A DNA stretch of 64,000 nt from Klebsormidium nitens (taxonomy: Eukaryota; Plantae; Klebsormidiophyceae), in the NCBI GenBank assembly GCA_000708835.1, contig DF237418.1, forward strand, positions 9,340-73,339. Reading direction: 5' to 3'. The position numbers and the translations under genes were made by a program. Below the pieces are notes generated by a model, which saw only the letters and a program-made list of their open reading frames with translations, had not been told where the DNA came from and made no database searches. Numbering within the stretch: the first letter of the stretch is position 1; every line of letters begins with the position of its first letter. Shown here piece after piece: positions 36,636 to 49,600 of this stretch.

Positions 36636-37673
36636 GATGCGAGCGCTAGCTGCGTGCGAGCCTTGGCATTGGCGTGTTAAGCTTCATGAAAAGATCTGCT
36701 CCTCCGAATGAAGCTTGATAATCAGCCGGAAAATGGCTGCGTCTGACTCGATCAACAGGTCTGAAGAGTTGGCGGTCAGGGCCTGAATCAGGCCGCACTG
36801 TCTGATCACTTTTTGTCTCCTTGAAACTGCTCCATCACATGTTTATCAAAGCTTCTCAGTGGTACTTCTTCATGCAGAAGCGAGAAACGCGCAGGCGTCT
36901 TCCGGCATACAACGTGAAAGCTTCTCACGGAAACAGAGGATCCCCGATCCGGATATAATATCGGCATTCTGTGACAGTGTACTTGGTTGCTCATCCTCTT
37001 TCTCAATGCCTGCAGTACTGCTATCTACTTCCTTTACTAGGAAATGCGGATGTAAAGGAAGTAAAGGGAGTACATGCGGGTGCCCAGATTCAAATTTAGT
37101 TGTGGGTGCATCCTTTCCTGATGACTGCACTTGGACTCGGAGCCACTTGGAGCTGCTCGCTACAGTACCAACCACCGTCTATTTGCCCGACAGCCGTATA
37201 TACAAGCTGTTTGCTCGTGTGCAGCTCGCGCAGTTGGCCAAGAACATCATTTTAATTCAAGTTTATATATACTCGGGGCTTCCCCCCGGGGGAATGCTGA
37301 GTATTATTGTAAGATTACCAGTTTCGCGTCAAATCAACTGGGTGAATCCACCGGGCACTTCTTGAAAGGGGAGGTGCATGAGCTTGGTTTTGGGTTCTCA
37401 AGCAAACCCGAAACCGGCCACATGGCATTCCGGAGCGGTGTGTTTCTGCGCTTCTAAGCGTGGTTAGGGTGACTATTACCTGACAGTAGAACCTAGGGTC
37501 AGGTGCTACGCTGGCGGTTTCTCAACCTGTTCACTAGGTATTTTACAGGCAAGACCTCACTCTTTGTTTTCACGCCAATGGCACATGTTTTCACGCCAAT
37601 GAGGCGCTTTTTGGCTGTCCTAGGTGTGGCTGTGAGGCGCTGATTGGGGAGAGATCTCAGCAGAAAGGCCACC

Positions 37674-40600
37674 ATGTTGACAGATTGGAACCAGGAAGAG
37701 AGCGGCCCTGCAGAGGAGCCACTCGAGGATGCATTCGAAGCAGCAATTGATGAGGGTGACGAGGTGAGAGGACTTTAAGTTTCAATCAGGAAAATCGTGA
37801 TCATTGTGTTTGCAGCTCAAACTACCTCATTGAAATTTAATGTTGCAGTCGTGGGTTTCGGTTTTTGACTATGACAATGTTTCACATATCATTCGAAAAG
37901 TGAGCGGGTGCATTGATACAAGCTTCAAAACCATGCAAGTTTGTGTGGTGCAACATTGGCAAATGTTCTTGCTCACTCACTTTTATTGAGCACGCAGCTT
38001 ATTGGATTCATCTCATCAAGTGGCTGTGAGTATGGTTAGCCTGCTTGTACAAAGCAAGAACAAATGGGTATGCCCCCTGCCACCGACGAACTTTGCCCAT
38101 TACACCACCCCTCCTCGGCCCCTGCGTACTTGATTGATGCACAAATCCTGCAGCCCAGCAGAGCACAAAACTACGCAAACCACACTTTGAGTCTGAACCC
38201 GAAGGATGGGGGAAGTCTCTCTTTGCCCCCCATGTCCCTTTCCCCCCCGGCCTTTACTTAACGGCACCTCCAAGATGTCCGCATCAATGATCAGAAACCC
38301 GTCAGTTCACATCGTTCGTTGTCCTCCTTCACTTGAAATTGCCTGAATGCTTGCACCCATTTACAGGATGCAAATGTCCCCGCTTCCCGCCCTCCCTCCT
38401 TTCCAATCGTGGACCCCATCTTTCGAGTCGATGCGCTCGAGCGGAATGCCGCCAGGGGCCATGGAGAGGTGACGTCAGCGGCGGCCGCCAATAATGTCAT
38501 CCTGGTTGGGACCAGCAAAGGGTGGCTGATCCGCCATGACTTTGGCGGAGAAGAAGCTCTAGGCAAGTATTCCTAATAGCAAGGAGAGGACTAGGAACGC
38601 GGATAGGGTGGTTGATGAAGGAACCTAATCTTTGCCTAACGGATGGTTTCAATGGATAGGAGCAGGGGCTTGTGACTACTCTTGAAGTCATGATCTGACT
38701 GACTTTTTTGAGCATACTTCTATGAGGAAGAAGTTTGATAGTAAGGAGAGGTGCTGGCTTGGAGGTTTTTTCAACCGCATCTCTGGGATACTCAGAAAAA
38801 TTGGTTTAAGAAGACTTGAGTTGTGAGTACAGCCTGTGGGGACCGAAATATCCAAACCAACCTCTGATCAGGCCCGCCAGAACAAACAAAATCTGCCAGG
38901 TTTCGCTCGAAAGTCACCAAGACTAAAGACGGGTTCCACCACTGGTTTGCCCCAACCTTGTTGGCCATAACCGTAGATAGTAAACGATACTGTCCATAGC
39001 TTATATCGTTGACGCTCTTCATAACCTTTCCCCGAGTCCTGAAAGTGGGCGTAAGATGTGCACCTTCCTTTGAAAGCTCATCGTACTGAGCCCTTCATTG
39101 GATTGCAGTCGAAAATCCTGACCGCCGAAATCCTGACGTTGTTGGCAATTTCGTCAGATGCTCACGTCCACTTTGTGTTTACCGTTGTGCTTTCCTGCAG
39201 AAATTGACCTGAACACGACCCGCCAAAACGACCAAACCATTTCAAAGGTGTTCCTCGACAATGGCGGGCGGCACGCGCTTGTCTCGCTTAAGAGCACGAC
39301 CGGCTTTCCAGCGGAGACGCTTTACATGCACGCGAGGTGGAAGAAAGCGCGGCCGCTGGCCAAGCTCAAGGGAATCCTGGTGACAGCGGTCGCTTGGAAC
39401 AAATTGCAGAGCAATGACGGTGAGACTTTCTAGACTCAAACTTGCGTTTCTGAATGATGAGTTACTGAGTTATCAAAGTTTGCGAATGTGCGGCCTTCAA
39501 ATACTGGAATATTTCTATACTTTTTGGCGGTGGGTCACAAAGGTGTTTGGTGGACCAAAAGGCTTGTATGCTGGAAGGTGTAAGGAGCATAGAGACTCAG
39601 GCCCCATAATCGAAAGACCAGGCTTTACATTTGGAAGGTCCTCCAACGATTTGGAATCCAAAAACCCTTGATTCTTGTTCAGATCTTTCCATTTCTTGAA
39701 CTAAGAGGAACTACGAACGACGACTGACAGGCCTTGTTTGCACTCGTGCGCACAGGTAACACCCGCGAGTTCCTCATCGGCACCAGCAACGGCCAGATCC
39801 ACGAGGCCCTCATTGAGGAGAAGGACAAGCGCGAGAAGTATGTCAAGCTGCTGTACGAGCTGCAAGAGAGCCAGGAACCCATCTGCGCCATCCAAGTAAG
39901 CTGTCAAAGCTCTGCTTCAAAAACTTGGGATTGCTTTCGAGGATTTTGAGGAGTTTTGGAAGGGATGTCTGATGGTTCAAAAGCTGTCAGGGACTTCGTC
40001 AAGCTGCTGTACGAGCTGCAAGGAGAGCCAAGAATTTATCTGTGGTATCCAAGTAAACCGGCGACGCCTGGGCTTTGGAAATACGGGTTTTGAGTTATAG
40101 GGTTTTCTGACCACAGTTTATAAGAAATCAATAGTTGGGAACCCAACTGCCAAACGTCATTTTCGCGGAGGTTCGACGTTCTATTGACTACGAGAGATAA
40201 ACAAGCAACAATGCCGCCTTGGCAATGGCACCGTTCGTTCGAGATTACCGCCAAGTGAGACAGAAGAGTTTTTGTGGCACACAACTCAACACCCAAATCC
40301 AATGATAACTTGCTTCGCACCCGCACCCCCCCAACCTCCAACCTACGACTTTCTGCGTTAAACTTGCCACCCTTGCTTCTTCAGTGGTTCCCAAACTCAA
40401 GCGCTGTGGATAGTCTTTCCATCGTCGATCGATGGTCCAAGATTTGAAACGAATACTCCAGCAGATTTGACGCAAAGAATTCTATATCGACTCGTTCCTC
40501 ACTGTCTGCGTCCAGTGCAAAGGTTATCAGATTGAAACCAAAGTCAAAACTTTGCTGTCTGGTTCCCGCGCGGCAGATGGAGGTCATGACGACTTCCAGC

Positions 40601-43600
40601 GGTCCCCGCTACTTCATAATGGCAGTCACGGCGACCCGTCTCTACACCTTCGCGGGCGCCGGAAGCCTGGAGGTGAGCCTGATGTCAGTTGGTGGGGTGT
40701 GACGTCAGCGGATGCGTGGACGAGTCTTTTGTATTCAAGCTCTCGAGGGCGCGGGTAAAATCTGTTGAGTTGCAATCCTTGGAAGGTTTCTCGAAGATTA
40801 GGGAGGCAATTTGTCTTGTCAGTACACGGCTCTCTGACTACTTTGCTCGTGGAAAGCGTAATCTGCTATGCACACACTTCTCCACTTGATAGTCACAGCT
40901 AGTGCGCAACCTTTATAGTTGCTGCTGCCTGTCAGACCCCTTTTCAGAATTCAAATGCAGATTTCATGAGTCTCACAGGCTATATCTGACCTTCTCTCGA
41001 CGGCTTCGATGCCCGACAGTTTATTTATGGAGTCACTCTCAGCATGAGGGCGACTGCAGCTCTCTCTTCGCTTTTCGCAATAAAAGCGATTAGAGAGCTC
41101 TGAATCGAGAAACTTTATCCTCCATTTTGCAGGCCACGTTTGCGGCGGCCAAGGAGCGCACTCTGCGCTTCACGGAGCTCCCCGGACAGTTGCCGTCCAG
41201 CGAGCTCCACTTTTTCGGACAGAAGCGGACGGAGCGCTTCGCGTGGATGGCCGGGCCCGGGATCTACCACGGCCAGATCAACCTGGGCGCGCAACACAGG
41301 TACACGTGGCAGCGCGGGATTGGTTTTTGAATCGTTAAGTGTGTCAAAAAGGGTTTGGTGGAGGCTCGGGGGAGACTGTGGCAGAAACTATGCCAAGCAT
41401 GATTGGGTCATGGTACAGATCGAGTCCTTTTATCGTTGGATTTTGACGTTGCGGGGCGTTTTGGCTGTCTTGAATTTTGCGGTAGAGTCGGGTCATGCGC
41501 AAGTATGCTAAACGGTCCCTCGACATGCCAATGTCAAGGGATGGGCAACAATTTTCTCAGGGACTGCTTGTCTGAGTTGCAACACTTTCATTCCATCCGA
41601 TCTCACCAGCAGCATGGACGAACGACTTGTATTACAATCGATTCTGAAGATGGGGACACCGCCACATCGAATCTGCAGATTGAAACCTGAAAATTTGGGG
41701 TCGGTTATTTATTTTTTCGCTTTTGGCTCGTGCAGTAACAACGAAGAGAACTATGTCGACAACAAGTGGCTGCTGGAATACTCGAAGCTTTCCAGCAAGA
41801 GCGGCGACTCGTCAGTACCGGTGTCCCTGGCGGTGACCGAGTTCCATTACCTGCTGCTCTTCAAAGACACGCTCAAGGTGCGCGTTTCGTGTTCTCCTCA
41901 GTGAAGAGTTCCCTTCTGTCAAATGCAATACCTTAGAACTTAAATCTCACCTGTCTTCGATGATGGGGGAAGCTCTCTTCCCTTGAATGAGCGTTGGATT
42001 TCAAGGTCACCCACGTGGCTGTCGCGGCGTCGCTAACACCTGAAAGGCCGGTTTTGCTGTCGCTGCCAACATCTTGCACGAGCGGATCGCGGCGACAAGA
42101 ACAGTGCATTTCACGCTTACCGGTCGCTTTTGCGGATGCATCCGCTGACGCCCTCTTTAAGTAAGAAACGGTCACGGGCACCGTTGAACGAATGGGAAGT
42201 TGCGATGCAGACTCGGGCTCGACCAGAAGATTCATCGTTTGCTTCTGATGAAATGACGTCCGATGAATCTCAAATCAGGACAAGAGAATGGTGAATAGAA
42301 CCAGAAGCAGCTAAAAAAGAAAGGTAGCCCCAACCCTGAGGAGGAAGATAGGCTGCGTACGTTAGACATGGAAGAGCTCGCTCTGAATATGCGCACCAAA
42401 CCGCAGGTGGTCAACCGGGTCAGTCAGCAGGTGGTGGAGGAAGACCCCCTCGGGGCGCGGGACGAGATCGGGCCACGTGGCATGCTGGGAATGTGCCACG
42501 ACAACGCCGAGGACGTCATATACTGCTACAGCGACAGCACCGTCTCGGAGGTGCGTGCTTGAATGTCGCCTAGCGTTGGGCTAGGTGCTGATTAAAGACA
42601 AGACCGCGCTCATTTGTGCGGGACGAAACGACTGAAAGAATTTCTCCAACTCCTTCGAAGACGGTCCATTGGACATGTTCGATACACGTCAACTGCCTCC
42701 GGTGGATTTGAAATGCTAGTCGATGAGGCCCGCGCGTCAGCAAGTTACGAGAACCGTCATCACCAATGCATCTCAACCCTTCTCCTCAGAGTTGTAAAGG
42801 AGGAGGAGAATCCAATATATGGGCACAGGGCACCGTAGTGTAGGGTTTGCAGAAGCAGAGGCTTCAAGACACAAAGTTTACCGACTTGCCTCATAAGGAC
42901 GAAAGTTGTGCACACCAGCCGGCTAAGCTAAAAGCCCGTGCGTCCAGATTGATTCACTTCCAACAAGAACATCAGTCAGTGGCTACACTGACGCCCTCTG
43001 CAAGCTATCCTTTCTGGGACAAGTTAAGGTGCATAAGTCCACACAGGGATAAGACGAAAAGTCCCCGGTAGAAGCAGACCGTACCCTGTTCTGGGATATC
43101 GCTGACACCCCTTGTTCCTCTTTCTCTCGATTCACGTCGCCGCACGAGGGAAGGAAGGGTGGGCACAAGGGGAGTCATTCGAGAGTTGAGAGCACACCAA
43201 TTTTTCAACATCAAAGACGAACTCATGGACTCCCATTGAACAAGAAGAAGCACGAAACAGGAGAATGAAATCACAAGAAAGCCTATATGAATGCTATAAC
43301 ACTTTACCGACATGTAAGACGGAATTCTTTTCCTCCATCAGGTGACGGCAACGGATGAGGGGAAAGACATGTGGCGGCTGCATCTAGAGCGGGGAGAATA
43401 CGCGTCGGCTCTGAGCCACGCTCGGGACGGTCTCCAACGGGACAAGATATACGCAGCGCAAGCGGAAGTGGCGTTCACAGCGGGGGACTACGCTCGAGCG
43501 GCAACTTTTTATGCAAAGGTGAGGAGTCACTGCCACTTTACCTCAAAAGATGTTTTGTTGTTCGCAGATCCAGTGCCAATCAAGGGTCCGTGTCGGGTTC

Positions 43601-46600
43601 AACGAAAGGCCTGACCAGCAGGAGAGCGTCAAAGGTGTGTGGCTGGCACTGCTGGGTTGACAAGAAGTTCGGACATCAGAGGAAATTGGGGGAACGAGAA
43701 CGACACAGTCTGGTACAGCAGAATCTGAGGATGGACGATTGCCCTTTCGCGTAACAGGTCGACGAGAATACCGACAGTCTCAGAGATAGTGCGATCAGGT
43801 GGTTGAACGTGGGCTTTATTCCGTCAAAACAATAATAGGTAGAATGGGGAAAACGAGAGTCGGAAGTGGGGGGATCAGCTTCTCTGGAAAGAGAGTATAC
43901 AGAATTTCCAATCAAAGGCAGGTCCAGAATTTGAAGACGTTCGAGGAAGTGGCGCTGAATTTCGATAACGCGGGTTCGATCTCATCAACCAGGAGAAAAA
44001 CCATGTAAAGTGTTAAAGAGTGGGAGGTTTTCAATACATTTGAGAAGTCAAGGGTAGAAGGGGGCAGCCTTCGCAAGAAGCAGAGTGAACACTCTCCTTC
44101 CAATCAAATGCAGGTTTAGAACATGACGACCTGAGAGGAGTTTGCCTTCAAGTTCGTGAACGTAGGCTGGACATTGATGCACAAACAAGACGTGAACGAT
44201 GCAGTATAACGACGGAGGATCTAATAGGAAAATCGGAACTAACGAGCTTCTCCCCATGAGTTGCAGGTCCAGAACCTGACGACGTTGGAGGAGGTAGCCC
44301 TCGTTTCGTGACTGTGCGGTTGGGATGCAAAGAACAGAACCCTTGGAATGAGCCGGAACCAGGAGGAAATGACTAAGAGGGAAGGAAAAAGAAGGAATGC
44401 AGAACATAAGAACAAAGAACTATTCTTCGTTCCGCAGGTCCAAAATATGACGACCTTCGAGGAGGTGGCCTTCAAGTTGTGACTGTGGGCTGGGGACGGA
44501 AAGGTACATGAAGCTTTTGAATCGGAAGCAAGAGAGATTAACGAGATGGGAACAGAAAGAAGAAGAAAAGAACAGAGAAGGAACGAACAACATTTGTTTG
44601 ATCTGAATCGCAGGTCCAAAATATGACGACCTTCGAGGAGGTGGCCCTCAAGTTCGTGAACGGGGGCGAGCAGGACGCGCTGCGGACGTTCCTGCTGCAC
44701 AAGCTGGACCACCTCGGCAAGGACGAGCGCGCGCAGATCACCATGGTCGCCACGTGGTGCACCGAGCTGTACCTCGACAAGGTGACCCCAAAAGATTTTA
44801 CCGTAACCGTGACCGTAAACCTGCTTTAAATTGGAAAGATTGAGAACCCATAGAACCAGCCGGGGCAGAGACGAGCGCGCGCAGATCACCATGGTCGCCA
44901 CGTGGTGCACCGAGCTGTATCTTGACAATGTGGGAGATTTGGATCTCTGGGTTTTCCAAACCCTGCCTTGCTTGATAACATCTAACCCAAGGTGTTGAAT
45001 GATGAGAAACCGTCGGGCTAGGGACGAACGCGCACAGAGCAGCATGGTTGCCACGTGGTGCACCGGATTCTACCTCGACAAGGTGGACGGTCAATTGTGT
45101 ACTTGATACCCCGACGTTTATAGCTTTTGAAGATCCTAATTCTCCAAGAGATTCAAAAACCTACGCTCATCCAAGCCAAAAGAGCGGCTAGGAAGCGTTC
45201 CCCTCCCCCTTGGACCGCCCTTGATCTGCTTCCCGCGACCTTTTTCGTCCTGTCGACACGACATGCTGATTCCAACCGAAAATGGATATGCCGTACCTCT
45301 ATTCCGTATTGCCTTGAGCCTTTTCTAATCAGCAAACTCCGGTCTCTGATCCTTTGTTTTCCCTTCGCAGATCAACCGGCTGCTTTTGGACGGCCAGGAT
45401 GGCGCCCGCCCCCCATCCGACGGCCCCGGCGAGTACCAGCACACGGTGCAGGAGTTCCGCGCGTTCCTCAGCGATTGCAAGGGCGTTTTGGACGAGGCCA
45501 CGACCGTGAAACTGCTCGGGAGTTACGGCCGGGAGGAGGAACTGGTGCTGTTTGCGACGCTGAAAGACCATCACGAGGTCGCGATCCAGCATCATATACA
45601 AAAAGGGGACGCCAAGAAAGCGATTATGGTGCTGCGGAAGCCGAGCGTTTCGCCTGAGCTGTGGGTGAGCGGCCGGTTTTCTTGTTTTTTTCGCTGGGTC
45701 CGATGAAAAGGAGTTCACTGCCGAGAGGTGTTCCTATTTTGCCGTGTACGACAAGTAAAGAAGACATCATGGGGCTGCGGAAGCCAAGCGTTTCACCAGA
45801 ACTGTGGGTGAGCGAACGGGTTTTGGGCTCCTATTTTAGCTAAAAACAACGAAAAAGGATTGACTGCCGAGAGCAGTTTCTATTCTGTTGAGTATGATAG
45901 ATAAAGAAAGCCATTATGGTGCTGCGCATACGGAGCGTTTCGCCGGAGTTGTGGGTAAGCGGACGGAAGATCTGCTCCTAATTCTGCTAAATATCTTTCT
46001 GTCATATTCACCGCTGGAGACTACCATCGGCGTGTGATCAAGAGCGCAGCTGTTGGTGCTAAGAAGCAACGTATAAAAAGCCGTATATGTGAAGGGGTAA
46101 CCATCAACGTTCGGATCAGATGCGTTAGAACATGCTGGGTAGTAGATAACTGCTCGCTTGGATTGCTTGGATTGCTTGGATTATGTGCTCAAAGCTATAT
46201 GTTCCTCTTCGGCATTGGCCTCTTGTGGGTGAGGCGGTCAATTGAAATCGGTGTTATGAACCTGCAATGCGAAGACTGATTTTGACACTGTCCACATCCT
46301 TTATCTTTCTTTTTCTGCAGTATAACTTCGCTCCAGCGCTCATTGCGCTGGACCCGGCTCTCACGACCGAGGCCTGGATGGCGGCGGGGGCCAACTTGAA
46401 CCCGCGGCGCCTTATTGCCGCTCTCATGCGCTACACAAGCGGAACCCACGTGTGAGTTCGTTGGGAACACATCTCTCCTCCTCTTTCTCAACCCGTTTGG
46501 CTTCCTTGCCTCTTGTAGGGTCTAGGTTTTGGCACATCCCGGACTTCTCGTTATCACGTTCGTTTCTACATCTTGTTCTGTGGAAACGAACTTGATAACG

Positions 46601-49600
46601 AGAAGTCCGGAACGTGCAAAAACCTAGACCCTACAAGACTTGTTCTGTGCTTCTTGTTCGACTTCCGCAAATTCCATTTTCGTGAGGTATTGTCGTCCTT
46701 TCTTTTCTCTGGGCGTCCTGTGTCCAAGTTTCGTTCGCAGATCTTTCCAGATGGTCAGTTGGTCGCGACTGACGCTTTGCTTGCCTCGCCGGAACCCTGC
46801 TGAGATGGTATAAGCCATAACTTGGTTGTGAAGAGGGTTAGCAACGTGTTGCAAAGGGCTATGAAGAGGTTTAGAAAGAAGGGTCATAAGGAGGGTTAAG
46901 AAGAAGGTATTAGAGGAGGTTATCGACGAGTATTGCGCGGAGATTTGGTCAAGGCCTTTACTATATTGCAAACCATTACCGAAAGTTGGATTTGACATCC
47001 TGAGAACCTCACCCTCAACACCGTTCTCGTCAAAGAGAAGGGCACCGTGCAGCCGCTCCTCTGAAGCAAGGTTCAAGGAGCGACTCAACTCAAGGCTTCA
47101 ATGACTGTCCGCTTGGCTCGAGGGGAACCAGTGACTTTGAGGCCATAGTCAGCGATGCTGTCGGAAGTAATGACGTGGCGAGGGTTAGGGTTTCGATCGA
47201 TGATCAGTCGATAGTCGCCTAAACCGAGGTTTCTCATTCTAGACCTCTCCACGCCATCTCTTCTAGCAGCCCCCCGGGCCTCAATCTCGGAATTACAGAC
47301 TCGCTTTGTCCCCGCTCTCACCGTTGATCTCCAAAAGCTTTATATTGACCGTTGATCTTCAGGGCCTCTAAGATCACCGTTAATCTCCCAGAGGCTCTAA
47401 GATCTGTCTCTCTCGTGCTGCAGGGAGGGCGACAACTTCGCAATCCAGTACCTGGAGTTTTGCGTCCGGCGGTTGCAGAACCAAGACCCCGCCATACACA
47501 ACCTTCTGCTCTCCCTCTACGCCAAACGGGTAAGAGCGCCAGAATCGTCCGGAATGGGTTTTTTGCTGAGGTCTTGATGCCGTTGCTTGGACGAGTCTCC
47601 GAATCCGTTAGCAGGGATTGAGTAGGAGAGTTGGCACGATTTTCACCACTTGCTCAAAAGTAAAGACTGCAGGCAAGTAGCTCGCATTCTGGAGGGTTTC
47701 TGGAGGGTTTGAAAACCTTGTCGCCTTGCTTTCTTTTGATCGCTGGCGGCTTGGTTGATCTACCCTAAAGCTTCTCCAGGTCGATGACGTCAGTGCTTGG
47801 TAGAAACAAGTTTCTTCAAAGAAAGAACACAAAGACGGGAATGCAAAGAAAACGTCGAACAGTGCTACCAAATTTGGCCGACAGATCACTCTAACAGGAG
47901 CGTCGAAGATGTCCCGAAGATTCCGCTTGCGACTTCAACACGAGCCGCTCGAGAACTGACTCACGCTGAAATCTTCCTGCAATCCCAAAAAATTCCCTTC
48001 TCCAATCTCGCGTTCAAGTTCGGCGGCAGCCAGCCCGAAAGCCGATCTTGTGCGACCCAACGTGTGCGAGTCGTCACACGTTCTCATCGCAATCAGTTTG
48101 TAGCTCAATGAAGACGAAAAACAGCTCATATCCCGCCCCCCGCCTCTTTCTTGCAGCCCGAAGAGGCCCCCCTCCTTCAGTTTCTCGCGTCCAAGTTCGG
48201 CGGCGGTCAGCCGGGCGGCGCCGATGTGTTCTACGACCCCAAGTTCGCTCTTCGGCTGTGCCTGGACGAGCGGAAGATCCGGTCGTGCGTCTTCATCTAC
48301 GGCCTCATGGAGATGCACGAGGAAGCGGTGGCGCTAGCCCTCCAGGTGGGCTGTGGGTTGCCGATCATTGTGGAATTGTATGGTTCGTTTTCATCGTTGA
48401 TGGGAGTGTGACGGGAGTTCCCTACTGATTCGCTTTAAAGAAAGTCAGGTTTTCAGATTCACGTCTATGTTCTCATAGATGTGCATGAGGAAGCGGTGGC
48501 GTTCGCGCTTCGGGTGAGCTGTGGATTTTACGTATATTAGAGTCTTAGGAATCATGGGCTTCAAGTGTGGGGATATTCTAGCGCTTCGGGTGGATCAACA
48601 TGTGTCCATTAGAAACCTGATTCCAGAGTAGGAACCTCGTTCTCAGGCCCTTTCTAGGACCAGTATCGTTACGAGCTCGTTACAGCCTATGTGCTTTCCA
48701 AGCGGAACAACTCTGCTTTCAAGACTAACGCATCAGGTTTTGAGCGTGCCAATCTGAAGCCAGATGAAGCCGGGACCTCGAGACTCTTAAGTCAAAGTCT
48801 CCAAAGACCAGCCCTCTGAAATTATTCTTGAGCTCCAAAATTGCTCCTATTCCTTCAGCGTGAACTGCGCACCCTAGAAACCTGGCCCTGATTTTAACCG
48901 GGGCTCCTTAACTTCTCAGGTTGATTTGGAGCTGGCCAAAGCGGAGGCCGACAAGGTGGAGGACGATGAGCCACTGCGGAAGAAGCTCTGGCTGCGGATA
49001 GCCAAGCACGTCATCGAACAGGTCAGCGGCGTTCGGGTTAACGTCTTTCAGGGTTTACTTTTTCCAAAGTTTCCGGACTATTGTTCGTTGGAACGTCCTT
49101 CGGAGCATTTTAGGGAGCATTCTGAGCTTTGGATCTACTCTTCAAGCTTTGCATCGTGTCTCTGCACGAACGGAGACGCTCTGTTTGCGGATCACAAAGC
49201 ACAGGATCACGTCGTTCCGCTTTGCGGCCCTTGCGCTGATGGAACCCCTCCCGGTTGTTTGGTTCACTGCTTTTCTGGGTTTGATTGTTCCCTTGTCTGT
49301 ATTTATCACTGCGGGTAACGAAGCACGTCCCTTTGCCGCCGGTATAAGCTTTGCTTGTGGTAGCCATGTCTAGCTCTAGGGATTCTAGTGCCGCTACCGG
49401 ACCATGCCGTCGACTGTTCGTCGGCGGTGCGCTTAAGAACATTTCAGGGGCTTTCCCAGTACTTTCTTTTCCAACCGCCATGTATTGAAGCCAGCTGTGT
49501 CCTGGAGTCAGCGATACTGCTCTCCACTCCTCTCATTGGCGGCGAAGCGTGGGAAATGGTTCTCAGAGTGATAATCCTCCGCAAAAACAGAGAAAGTGTC

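Noticed and set aside
36859-37365. 168-aa plus-strand ORF between DRC1 and VPS18
   Set aside because: Non-ATG start, S/C-rich random-looking composition, no splice links.
46624-47088. 154-aa minus-strand ORF nested in VPS18 intron 12
   Set aside because: Starts at a non-ATG codon, has no recognisable motif, and lacks the GC3 bias of real exons.
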